NCBI GenBank assembly: GCA_034004745.1 | Contig: JAVEWC010000001.1 | Coordinates: forward strand, 1-41,420 | Length of the DNA: 41,420 nucleotides | Direction of reading: 5' to 3' | Origin: Candidatus Izemoplasmatales bacterium | GTDB lineage: Bacteria > Bacillota_I > Bacilli_A > Izemoplasmatales > Hujiaoplasmataceae | Shown: positions 1-7,628 of the stretch, piece by piece | Layout: each line of letters opens with the position of its first letter | Position numbering within the stretch: the stretch's first letter is position 1 | Notes under the pieces: generated by a model | Database searches by the model: none | Told to the model about the DNA's origin: nothing | Seen by the model: the letters and a program-made list of their open reading frames with translations, nothing else | Made by a program: the position numbers and the translations under genes

Positions 1-24
1 TGAGTGTGATTTCATTTTTGGCAT
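1..24 (-). CDS. rpmI: 50S ribosomal protein L35, 5' end only (continues beyond the window)
   Basis: The reverse complement of 1-24 is ATGCCAAAAATGAAATCACACTCA, giving MPKMKSHS, the conserved L35 N-terminus. A GGAGAG SD lies about 9 nt upstream. The gene starts 23 nt downstream of the infC stop, as in the infC-rpmI-rplT operon. Confidence 0.8.
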
Positions 25-47
25 AATTAACTCTCTCCTTTTTCTTC

Positions 48-590
48 TTATTTTTTTGTCGGGTTTAATACCATGGACAGGAATCTGCCGTCATGGGTAA
101 TCTTATTTTCCAACTCGCCGACTTCAATTAAACCTGCTTGAAAACGAGTCAAAACGTCTTTTCCTTGATCGACTAGGGCTTGATTGGCACGGTATGGAAG
201 ACGAACTGTAACTTTTAGCTTATCGCCTTTTTCCAAGAACTTATGTGCATTTCTGAGTTTTGTTTCAAAGTCATGGGTGTCGATGACAGCTGTCATTCTG
301 ATTTCCTTGACTTCGACAATTTTTTGATGTTTCTTCGCTTCTCTGGCTTTTCTTTGTTGCTCATAACGGAACTTGCTGTAATCCATTAGTTTGCATACTG
401 GTGGTTTGGCGTTAGGCGCAACTAAAACAAGGTCATAGCCTTGTTCCTTGGCAAGTCTGTTTGCTTCTTGAATGCTTTTCTCGCCATATTGGAAACCATC
501 TGCTCCGATGACCAAAACAGATTTAAAGCGAATCTCCTCATTGATCAGGTTTGTTTCTTTTTTTTCCGGTTTTTGATTGTTGTAAATGAT
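48..590 (-). CDS. infC: Translation initiation factor IF-3 with a non-AUG start
   Basis: The ORF track begins at an internal TTG (515), but the frame stays open up to the TGA at 647-645. The upstream codons read I-I-YNNQKPEKKETNLINEEIRFKSV and join LVIGADG, which is the IF3 N-domain. No ATG, GTG or TTG is available in that stretch. A GGAGGTG SD sits at 604-598, so the start must be ATC (590-588) or ATT (587-585). The protein body (KPPVCKLMDYSKFRYEQ) is typical of IF3. Confidence 0.9.
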   Translation of the reverse strand: MIYNNQKPEKKETNLINEEIRFKSVLVIGADGFQYGEKSIQEANRLAKEQGYDLVLVAPNAKPPVCKLMDYSKFRYEQQRKAREAKKHQKIVEVKEIRMTAVIDTHDFETKLRNAHKFLEKGDKLKVTVRLPYRANQALVDQGKDVLTRFQAGLIEVGELENKITHDGRFLSMVLNPTKK

Positions 591-604
591 ACTAAAACAC
601 CTCC

Positions 605-737
605 AAGGTATAAAAAAATGAGTACCTGACGGTACCCACTTATATCACTAAAATAAAAATTTCTATTTAGCATGTTACCTATCGACCAAATGTCAATCAG
701 GTGAGAAGTGGGTACTTCTACTTTCTATTTTTAAACC
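605..737 (-). promoter_or_regulatory. infC 5' leader with alternative hairpins, a probable L20-leader-type transcription attenuator
   Basis: On the minus-strand RNA, the terminator is GGGUACC-GUCA-GGUACUC (637-631 pairing with 626-620, one G.U pair) followed by A and U7 (618-612). An antiterminator pairs GUACCCACUU (715-706) with AAGUGGGUAC (641-632), 10 bp. A local hairpin AGAAGU-ACCC-ACUUCU (719-704) can sequester the antiterminator arm. The element lies between the promoter and the infC SD, where Firmicutes carry the L20 leader. Confidence 0.5.
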
Positions 738-743
738 GTAATG

Positions 744-772
744 ATTATAATATATTTCCCTTAAGAAGTCAA
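744..772 (-). promoter_or_regulatory. Sigma-A type promoter for the infC operon
   Basis: On the minus strand, TTGACT (772-767), a 17-nt spacer, then TATAAT (749-744). Confidence 0.6.
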
Positions 773-775
773 CAA

Positions 776-2155
776 TTATTTCTCATTAATTTTTTTTGGT
801 TTTCTCAGATAATTTTCTTTGTTGATTTGATAGGCTCTTGCAATTGCCAACGAACCCTTAGGAACGTTTTTGTCAAGGGTAGAGCCAGCGGCAATAATCG
901 AATTGTCTTCAATCACAATCGGAGCAATCAAGTTGGAGTTGCAACCAACGAAAACATCGTCACCGATAGTGGTTTTATATTTGTTGACACCATCATAATT
1001 AACCGTGATGGAACCACAGCCAAAGTTGACGTTTTTGCCGATTTCGGCGTCGCCGATGTAAGCTAAATGCGAAGCCTTGAAGGTATCGCCGGTAACCGAC
1101 TTCTTGACTTCAACGAAATTACCGATACGGTTATTTTCACCGATGACGGCTCCATCTCGCAAATGGGCAAATGGACCGACGACAGAGTTTTTCTTGACTT
1201 CGGAATTGAAAACCAAGGAATGCTTGCAAGTGACTCCCTCGCCGATAATAGAATTATGAATTTCCGTATTCGGACCGATTGTCGCTCCGCGATGAATATG
1301 AGAATTACCGGTAATATAAGTGTTCGGATGGATTACTACATTTTCATCGATCACGACGTTTTGACCGATAGTGATGGTTTCCGGGTTAATCATTGCTACC
1401 CCAGATTTCATCAAGTCCTTATTGATATTACCCCTAAGGATTGTTTCGGCTTGAGATAAGGTATAAAGGTCGTTGACACCCATGGCTTTATAGGATTTGT
1501 CCAATAAAAAGGTACCAACAAGGTATTTTTCATCTTTCATTATTTTTACGATATCGGTCAAATAATATTCTTTTTTGGAATTGTTATTGGTAATTTTCTT
1601 TAAAGTAGGAACTAAATATTTATTGGCGATGATATAGATGCCGGTATTGATCTCTTTGATAGCTTTTACTGGTTTTGTAGCGTCATTTTCTTCAATGATG
1701 GCATTCAAGTATCCCGCTTCATCCCTGATTATTCTGCCGTAACCAAATGGATCATCGACTATTGTCGAAACGACGGTTAAATCATGTCTGAACTCCAGAT
1801 GTTCATTGATGGCGGCCTTGATTACCGAATCGTCGATTAAAGGCATATCGCCAGGTAAAATTATCGTATAGCCTTCTGTATCTTTTATCAACTTTTCTGC
1901 CGATAATACGGCGTGTCCCGTGCCAAGTTGTTCTTTCTGTACGGCATACTTTACCGTAGAATTCAAGATTTCCTGAATTATTTCTTTTTTATGGCCGACG
2001 ACTGTGATTAATTCATCAATCATCGTTGATTTATAAAGATGTTCTACGATATAGGCAATCATCGGTTTCTTAAGCAAAGGATAAGCGCATTTAGGTAAAT
2101 CCGTCTTCATTCTGGTGCCTTTTCCCGCAGCCAGGATTATTGCGTATTTCTTCAT
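776..2155 (-). CDS. glmU: Bifunctional UDP-GlcNAc pyrophosphorylase / GlcN-1-P acetyltransferase
   Basis: 459 aa. The N-terminus carries the LAAGKGTRM nucleotidyltransferase motif. The C-terminal third is made of left-handed beta-helix hexapeptide repeats. Confidence 0.95.
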   Translation of the reverse strand: MKKYAIILAAGKGTRMKTDLPKCAYPLLKKPMIAYIVEHLYKSTMIDELITVVGHKKEIIQEILNSTVKYAVQKEQLGTGHAVLSAEKLIKDTEGYTIILPGDMPLIDDSVIKAAINEHLEFRHDLTVVSTIVDDPFGYGRIIRDEAGYLNAIIEENDATKPVKAIKEINTGIYIIANKYLVPTLKKITNNNSKKEYYLTDIVKIMKDEKYLVGTFLLDKSYKAMGVNDLYTLSQAETILRGNINKDLMKSGVAMINPETITIGQNVVIDENVVIHPNTYITGNSHIHRGATIGPNTEIHNSIIGEGVTCKHSLVFNSEVKKNSVVGPFAHLRDGAVIGENNRIGNFVEVKKSVTGDTFKASHLAYIGDAEIGKNVNFGCGSITVNYDGVNKYKTTIGDDVFVGCNSNLIAPIVIEDNSIIAAGSTLDKNVPKGSLAIARAYQINKENYLRKPKKINEK

Positions 2156-2187
2156 TTTTTCTCCCCTTATAAAAGCGTGAAACGCCT

Positions 2188-3492
2188 TTATTTATTTCCT
2201 TTCATTTTTATGAGATTCACGATGTCATTTGCAATCTCTTCAACCAACTCTTTGGTCTTGGCAGAAACACTCACCCTGATTAACGGTTCGGTACCGCTTT
2301 TTCTCACCAATACTTTTCCATCTTCACCAAGCGTCTTTCGGTATCTATCGACTAATTCAATCACTTCAGGGTCATCCACTAGATTTCTGTCGATATTTTT
2401 GATATTTATCAGAAGATCGGGATAAAAGCTCACCTCTTGTTTTAAAACTGATAACGTTGTCTGGTAATGATTCAATATTTTCAGTAAATACCAAGCATTT
2501 AAAACGCCATCACCGGTTTTTAAAACTGTCTTGTTGATGATGTGTCCTGAGTTTTCTCCGCCCAATACGGCCTCTTCTTCATCAAGAGCCTTAAAGATAT
2601 ACTTATCGCCGACATCGGTTTGTACGACTCTTATGCCTAAATTGTTTAGTGCTTTAATTATACCCAAATTACTCATTTTTGACAAGACTACCACATTGTT
2701 ATTCAATAAGTTTTGGCCTTTAAGATATTTGGCAAAGATATAAATCAACAAGTCGCCGTCGATAATCATTCCTTTGTCATCGACGACCAAGATTCTATCG
2801 CCGTCGCCATCAAAGGCAATTCCCAAATCAAGGTTTTTGGTTTTGACCAAGTCCTGGAGTTTGTCGAGGTGGGTGGACCCACAGTCTTTGTTGATATTGT
2901 AGCCATCGGGTTCGTTGCCGATGACATGATGTTCAGTAAATAGCTGCGGTAAAATTGCTATAGCGGATTTGATTGTAGCGCCATTGGCCAAATCAAGTCC
3001 GACTTTCAAGGCTAAGTTGATAGGAAAGTTTTGATACAATTGGTAGTAGTTGTTCAAGATGGAACCAATTTCAATTTCTCTGCCCGGGATTACTCCAGCC
3101 AGTTCAAGGTCATTGTCAATTACCTCTTCAATCAAAAATTCATCTTTTTCAACAGTTTTTTTCCCGCGATCAAAGATTTTTATGCCATTGTCATAATAGG
3201 GATTGTGACTGGCGGTGACCATGATGCCAAAACAATCGTTATCAATTGCGGCAAAGGCTAAAATTGGTGTCGCGTAGACACCAATATCACAAACATCAAG
3301 TCCGGCCATCAAAGCCCCTTTTTTAATATTATCAACAATCATACTGCCGGATATTCTCGTATCCCTGGCGATGATGATTTTATTGGTTTTAGCTTTGAAA
3401 AGATGCATTGCTTTACCAATGCGAAAGCTCATTTCTTCAGTGATGAATTCATAAGCTTTGCCTCTTATTCCATCGGTTCCAAAATATTTCAT
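2188..3492 (-). CDS. glmM: Phosphoglucosamine mutase
   Basis: 434 aa. MKYFGTDGIRG N-terminus and the phosphoserine loop TASHNPYYDNG. Confidence 0.95.
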   Translation of the reverse strand: MKYFGTDGIRGKAYEFITEEMSFRIGKAMHLFKAKTNKIIIARDTRISGSMIVDNIKKGALMAGLDVCDIGVYATPILAFAAIDNDCFGIMVTASHNPYYDNGIKIFDRGKKTVEKDEFLIEEVIDNDLELAGVIPGREIEIGSILNNYYQLYQNFPINLALKVGLDLANGATIKSAIAILPQLFTEHHVIGNEPDGYNINKDCGSTHLDKLQDLVKTKNLDLGIAFDGDGDRILVVDDKGMIIDGDLLIYIFAKYLKGQNLLNNNVVVLSKMSNLGIIKALNNLGIRVVQTDVGDKYIFKALDEEEAVLGGENSGHIINKTVLKTGDGVLNAWYLLKILNHYQTTLSVLKQEVSFYPDLLINIKNIDRNLVDDPEVIELVDRYRKTLGEDGKVLVRKSGTEPLIRVSVSAKTKELVEEIANDIVNLIKMKGNK

Positions 3493-3503
3493 TTTCCAAT
3501 CAC

Positions 3504-5300
3504 CTATTCCACAGTAACTGATTTAGCCAAATTTCTTGGCTTGTCGATATCGAGTTTAAGTTCTTTGGCTTTATAGTAAGCGATTAATTGCGTCGGTATG
3601 ACGGTCAAAAGTGGTGATAAGAATTCATGAACATCGGATAAAATGATGTCATCTGCGCTGTCAGAGATAGCTTCAGTGGCGATGATTATTGTTTTTGCCC
3701 CTCTGGCTCTTACTTCCTGAATATTGCTTCTGGTATTGTGATTGATGGATTTCTGAGAGATGATTGCTATCACCGGTACGTCTTTCTCAATCAAGGCAAT
3801 CGTTCCATGTTTCAATTCGCCAGCGGCGAAACCTTCGGTTTGAATATAGGATATTTCTTTAAGTTTCAAAGCGGCTTCCAAAGAGGTATAGTAGTCGATT
3901 CCTCTACCGATATAGAAACAATTTCTTTTCTTCAATTTTTTCTCGACTAGTTTTTCGATATACTCTTTCTTGTCAATGATTGCCTCCATAGCTACTGACA
4001 ATCTGGAGAGTTCAAAAGCTAAATCAAAAGGTTTTTCTTCGGATAGAACATAAGCTAAAATCGCCAAGACAGTGACTTGAGCAACATAAGCCTTGGTTGA
4101 AGCTACCGCGATTTCCGGTCCTGCATAAATTTCCAGGGCGTGATCAGCTTCTCTGGCAAGTGTCGAAGTGATGACATTGGTAATTGTCAATACCTCATAA
4201 CCCATCCTTTTCACATTGACTAAACAAGCCCTTAAGTCAGCTGTTTCGCCTGATTGAGAAATCAAGACGAAAAGCGCATCTTTTTCCAGAAGCGGAGGAT
4301 TATAGGCAAATTCACTGGCAATAAATACTTCAGTTGGAATCTTGGTCAGATTTTCAAAGTAAAATCTGCCGATGAATCCGGCATGCATTGAAGTGCCCGC
4401 CGCCAGGATATATATTCTTTTTTTATTCTTGAATAGATTTTTGGTTTTTTCGGATACTTCCAACTTCCCGTTGATTAGATACTTGGAGATGATTCTTCTG
4501 ATAACAGCCGGTTGTTCGGATATTTCTTTCAACATGAAATGCTCATAACCGCCCTTGTCGATTTCATTATCGGCCAAATCCATTTTATGCTGCTGCAATT
4601 TGACTGATTTACCGATGATGTCATAAGCTTGGAAAGTAGTTTTCCCGTTCTTTTGGGCTACGATGAAGGTTTTATCCTCAATCAGATAATAGTATTCGCT
4701 ATTACCTACCAAAGCCATCAAATCCGAGCCAAAGGTCACACCTTTGTCGGAAGAACCAAGTAAAAGCGGACTCTTGTTTTTGGCCGCATAAATGGTATCA
4801 TTTTTTTCTTTATCCATGATTAGAAGAGCGTAGGAGCCTTCTAGGAGCGAAAGCGTCTTTCTTATCGCTTCTTCTGCGGACATCGTTTTGGCAAAGTTTT
4901 CAATTAAATCTGCGATTACTTCCGTATCGGTTTCACTGATAAAGGTAAAACCTTGAAGATACCTCGCTGTCAATTCCTTGTAGTTGTCGATAACACCGTT
5001 GTGAACGACAATAAAGCGGTCTGAAGCCGATGAATGAGGATGAGAATTTACTTGGTTTGGCTCGCCATGAGTCGCCCAACGAGTATGTCCAATCCCGATG
5101 AAATTGTTCATCTTATAATCATAACTGTTTATTAAGTGGTCAACACGACCAGGAGTTTTATAAGTAACGTATTTACAATTCTCTTCGTTCAAGAAACTGA
5201 TACCGCACGAGTCATAACCGCGGTATTCAAGTTTTTTCAAACCATTCAAAATTACATCGGTTGCTTTAAGTTTCCCGATATAGCCAACGATTCCACACAT
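3504..5300 (-). CDS. glmS: Glutamine--fructose-6-phosphate aminotransferase
   Basis: 598 aa. MCGIVGY Ntn-amidotransferase N-terminus, SIS domains, and a C-terminus ending KSVTVE. Confidence 0.95.
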   Translation of the reverse strand: MCGIVGYIGKLKATDVILNGLKKLEYRGYDSCGISFLNEENCKYVTYKTPGRVDHLINSYDYKMNNFIGIGHTRWATHGEPNQVNSHPHSSASDRFIVVHNGVIDNYKELTARYLQGFTFISETDTEVIADLIENFAKTMSAEEAIRKTLSLLEGSYALLIMDKEKNDTIYAAKNKSPLLLGSSDKGVTFGSDLMALVGNSEYYYLIEDKTFIVAQKNGKTTFQAYDIIGKSVKLQQHKMDLADNEIDKGGYEHFMLKEISEQPAVIRRIISKYLINGKLEVSEKTKNLFKNKKRIYILAAGTSMHAGFIGRFYFENLTKIPTEVFIASEFAYNPPLLEKDALFVLISQSGETADLRACLVNVKRMGYEVLTITNVITSTLAREADHALEIYAGPEIAVASTKAYVAQVTVLAILAYVLSEEKPFDLAFELSRLSVAMEAIIDKKEYIEKLVEKKLKKRNCFYIGRGIDYYTSLEAALKLKEISYIQTEGFAAGELKHGTIALIEKDVPVIAIISQKSINHNTRSNIQEVRARGAKTIIIATEAISDSADDIILSDVHEFLSPLLTVIPTQLIAYYKAKELKLDIDKPRNLAKSVTVE

Positions 5301-5328
5301 GAATTATTTCCCCCCTAGGATAAAAATC

Positions 5329-5357
5329 ATTATATCAAAAAAAATGAACATTTGCAA
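5329..5357 (-). promoter_or_regulatory. Sigma-A promoter of glmS-glmM-glmU
   Basis: On the minus strand, TTGCAA (5357-5352), a 17-nt spacer, then TGaTATAAT (extended -10; TATAAT at 5334-5329). Only about 30 nt separate it from the glmS ATG. Confidence 0.6.
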
Positions 5358-5375
5358 CGCAAATATTCTCTTCTA

Positions 5376-5408
5376 AAATCAAAAAGACCGCAAATACTAC
5401 TTGCAGTC
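5376..5408 (-). terminator. Intrinsic terminator after the ABC-2 permease gene
   Basis: On the minus-strand RNA, GACUGCAA (5408-5401) pairs with UUGCGGUC (5393-5386), 8 bp with one G.U pair and a 7-nt loop. UUUUUGAUUUU follows. The stem overlaps the permease stop codon. Confidence 0.65.
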
Positions 5409-6128
5409 TGAATATACATTGACTAAAACCGTTATCATAATCATAACCGTTAAACCAATTAGATAAATAACTCCTTCTTGATAGATGATGACACTCTCGT
5501 TAATTAAAGCAAATGACGGTACGAATGATAAAACTATTTTTTCTAAATCGGAGAAATGATTACTGGGAAATTGAATCGTTTTTTTATACCAAAAGACGAC
5601 AATTGGTACCGTTAAAATTAGAAAATGATTAAAAATCGCAAACAAAAAAAATACCATGACCTGTAGAAATACTGCCTGATATGCAATCCAAGCAAATGAA
5701 TCAATTAAAATTTCCAGTCTTAAATGAAATGGACTCAACAAATTTACCATAGTAACCGTAGATATAAAGGCAAAACCAATTGTCATAAATGTCGACAAAA
5801 ACGCTGCCAAATAGCGACTGATGAAAAAATTAAATCTATGACGTCTATTTTCGGTGGTAAAGACCACTAAGACTTGGTTTGTTTTCGCGGAAAGTACAGT
5901 CGCAATAAAAATCGCAGTGATACTTACCATGACTTCAACCAACAAACTACTTTCAACCACAAAGGTTTTAAGGTATTCCTCAGGATATAAGTCCAACACT
6001 TGATATCCCATCTCTAGATTCAAGGAGAATACCAAACCTAAGACGATCACAATCAGAACAATTCCATAACAGATTATAAATATCGAAGAAAAGAGATAAT
6101 TGAATTGCAATTTAAGATAATTCATCAT
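5397..6128 (-). CDS. ABC-2-type integral membrane permease, about 6 TM segments, substrate unknown
   Basis: 243 aa and highly hydrophobic, with about six predicted helices. Its ATGA junction overlaps the stop of the upstream ABC ATPase gene. Confidence 0.75.
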   Translation of the reverse strand: MMNYLKLQFNYLFSSIFIICYGIVLIVIVLGLVFSLNLEMGYQVLDLYPEEYLKTFVVESSLLVEVMVSITAIFIATVLSAKTNQVLVVFTTENRRHRFNFFISRYLAAFLSTFMTIGFAFISTVTMVNLLSPFHLRLEILIDSFAWIAYQAVFLQVMVFFLFAIFNHFLILTVPIVVFWYKKTIQFPSNHFSDLEKIVLSFVPSFALINESVIIYQEGVIYLIGLTVMIMITVLVNVYSDCK

Positions 6129-6751
6129 TGAATTCTACCGTTGACAATTTCAATAATGTTTCTTGACTTATATTTGAACTTTTCCGGACTGTGTGTTGAA
6201 ATTATCACCAGTCTGGTCTTGGCCTTGTCATGCAAATAGCTCAATAAATTCTTTTGACTTTCGCTGTCCAAAGCTATCAATGGTTCATCAAGAATGATGA
6301 TTTTTGGATCATGTATCAGCGCCTGCAGGAGATTGACCTTCTGCTTCATTCCGTTCGATAACGAGCGAATTTGCTTATGACGATAACTTTCGAGATTGAA
6401 CATCCTTAACAGATCAATGGATTGATCGTGATATGCCGCTTTTCCCAAACCCTTAATTCTACCAATATTATACAAAAACTCCTCAACCGTGAAGAAATCC
6501 GGCATGATGTAATATTCTGGCGCATACCCGATTCTCCATCTTTTCTTTTCGATATTACCGCTATAGTTAATCAATTTCATGATACATTTCAGTAAAGTTG
6601 ACTTTCCTGATCCGTTCTTCCCAATCAAAAGATTGATGCCACCGCTGTTTAAGCTTAAATTCAAGTCAAATACACCCTTGTCTTTACTATAAGCTTTCGT
6701 CAAGTTATTGATAGTGATATTGATATTCTCTAATTTTATCGCTTTGTTCAT
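6125..6751 (-). CDS. ABC transporter ATP-binding protein
   Basis: 208 aa. Walker A GKNGSGKST, signature LSNGMKQK, Walker B IIILDEP, and a H-loop (STHS). Confidence 0.9.
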   Translation of the reverse strand: MNKAIKLENINITINNLTKAYSKDKGVFDLNLSLNSGGINLLIGKNGSGKSTLLKCIMKLINYSGNIEKKRWRIGYAPEYYIMPDFFTVEEFLYNIGRIKGLGKAAYHDQSIDLLRMFNLESYRHKQIRSLSNGMKQKVNLLQALIHDPKIIILDEPLIALDSESQKNLLSYLHDKAKTRLVIISTHSPEKFKYKSRNIIEIVNGRIQ

Positions 6752-7628
6752 TTAAATCAATCATCTCATCGAAAAATAAATAATCGTCGATAATGAGGGT
6801 GTAATCACTATCATTGTAAGAATAGTCGATAAATATCGGAAATCGGTAGATTTTACTTTTTTCACGGTAGACAAGCGGTATGATAAAGTACAATTCACTT
6901 TCGAGGGAAAACTCGCCTTGCTCGACCTCTTTGAACATTTCATAATCAGGAATTATTTCACTTAAATGGACTTGGGGAGCTATTTTTTCTTCACTTATGG
7001 AAACACAGTTAAGGTCGAAAGAAAAATTGGGATCGATAGTCCTGATATTTTTGATGATGAGAGGAAAGTTGGTTAAACTCTCGAAACGAAAGACTAAGGC
7101 ATTTATATAATCGCTGCCTTCAAAATCATTGATGACGGCGTAAAGATTGTTATAATCAAAATGATTGCTCGGACTAATTTCCCTGAAATCCAACCATACA
7201 TCACCAATTTCCAAGGCCAAGGAAACTTCATTGACATAATTTATAGCTAAAATGCAGTCCTTCATCCCCAAAAAAAGATCAGTAACTTTTACTTGGGAAA
7301 AATCAATTTCTATATTGAACAAAGAATAATTTCTTCCGGAATAAACGATATCCTCATCACTCTTCTCAATCCTTAAAATGTCTACCGCAATCAAGCTATC
7401 TTCATTTTTTAATGAACTCGAGGCGATATTTTGGGTATGAGTGATGAAGGATTTATCGCTATCAATGAATAAACTGACAAAAAGCGTTTCGTTTTCAGTC
7501 ATTAAACGACTGTAGTTTTGCTTGATGGTAAAATAATTGACGATACCCACTTTTTCTTTCATTGTCAAAATTAAGATACTGCCTACAACCAAGTAAATGC
7601 CAATTATCAAAAAGAACAACTTTTTCAT
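6705..7628 (-). CDS. Signal-anchored protein of unknown function with an acidic extracytoplasmic domain
   Basis: 307 aa. The N-terminus MKKLFFLIIGIYLVVGSILILT forms a single TM segment with no obvious signal-peptidase site. The remaining ~280 aa are rich in D, E, N, F and Y and carry no motif I recognise. The gene has an ATGA overlap with the upstream gene and a 47-nt overlap with the ATPase gene. Confidence 0.7.
   Translation of the reverse strand: MKKLFFLIIGIYLVVGSILILTMKEKVGIVNYFTIKQNYSRLMTENETLFVSLFIDSDKSFITHTQNIASSSLKNEDSLIAVDILRIEKSDEDIVYSGRNYSLFNIEIDFSQVKVTDLFLGMKDCILAINYVNEVSLALEIGDVWLDFREISPSNHFDYNNLYAVINDFEGSDYINALVFRFESLTNFPLIIKNIRTIDPNFSFDLNCVSISEEKIAPQVHLSEIIPDYEMFKEVEQGEFSLESELYFIIPLVYREKSKIYRFPIFIDYSYNDSDYTLIIDDYLFFDEMIDLNEQSDKIREYQYHYQ

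Noticed and set aside
701-1459. Two long plus-strand ORFs (701-1066 and 1067-1459), plus 1077-1259, lying antisense to glmU
   Set aside because: They lie opposite the hexapeptide-repeat (left-handed beta-helix) region of glmU. The periodic, codon-biased sequence there keeps the antisense frames open. They have no SD or promoter, and their composition is low-complexity. I treat them as spurious.
2156-2187. Small hairpin (GGCGU-UUC-ACGCU) between glmM and glmU as a possible internal terminator
   Set aside because: The stem is only 5 bp including a G.U pair, with a triloop and a poor U-tract (UUUAUAAGG). It is more likely insignificant or a minor mRNA-stability element.
5301-5396. Looked for a glmS ribozyme upstream of glmS
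   Set aside because: Only 96 nt are available, and they are already occupied by a terminator and a promoter whose -10 lies ~30 nt from the ATG. There is no room for the much longer ribozyme.
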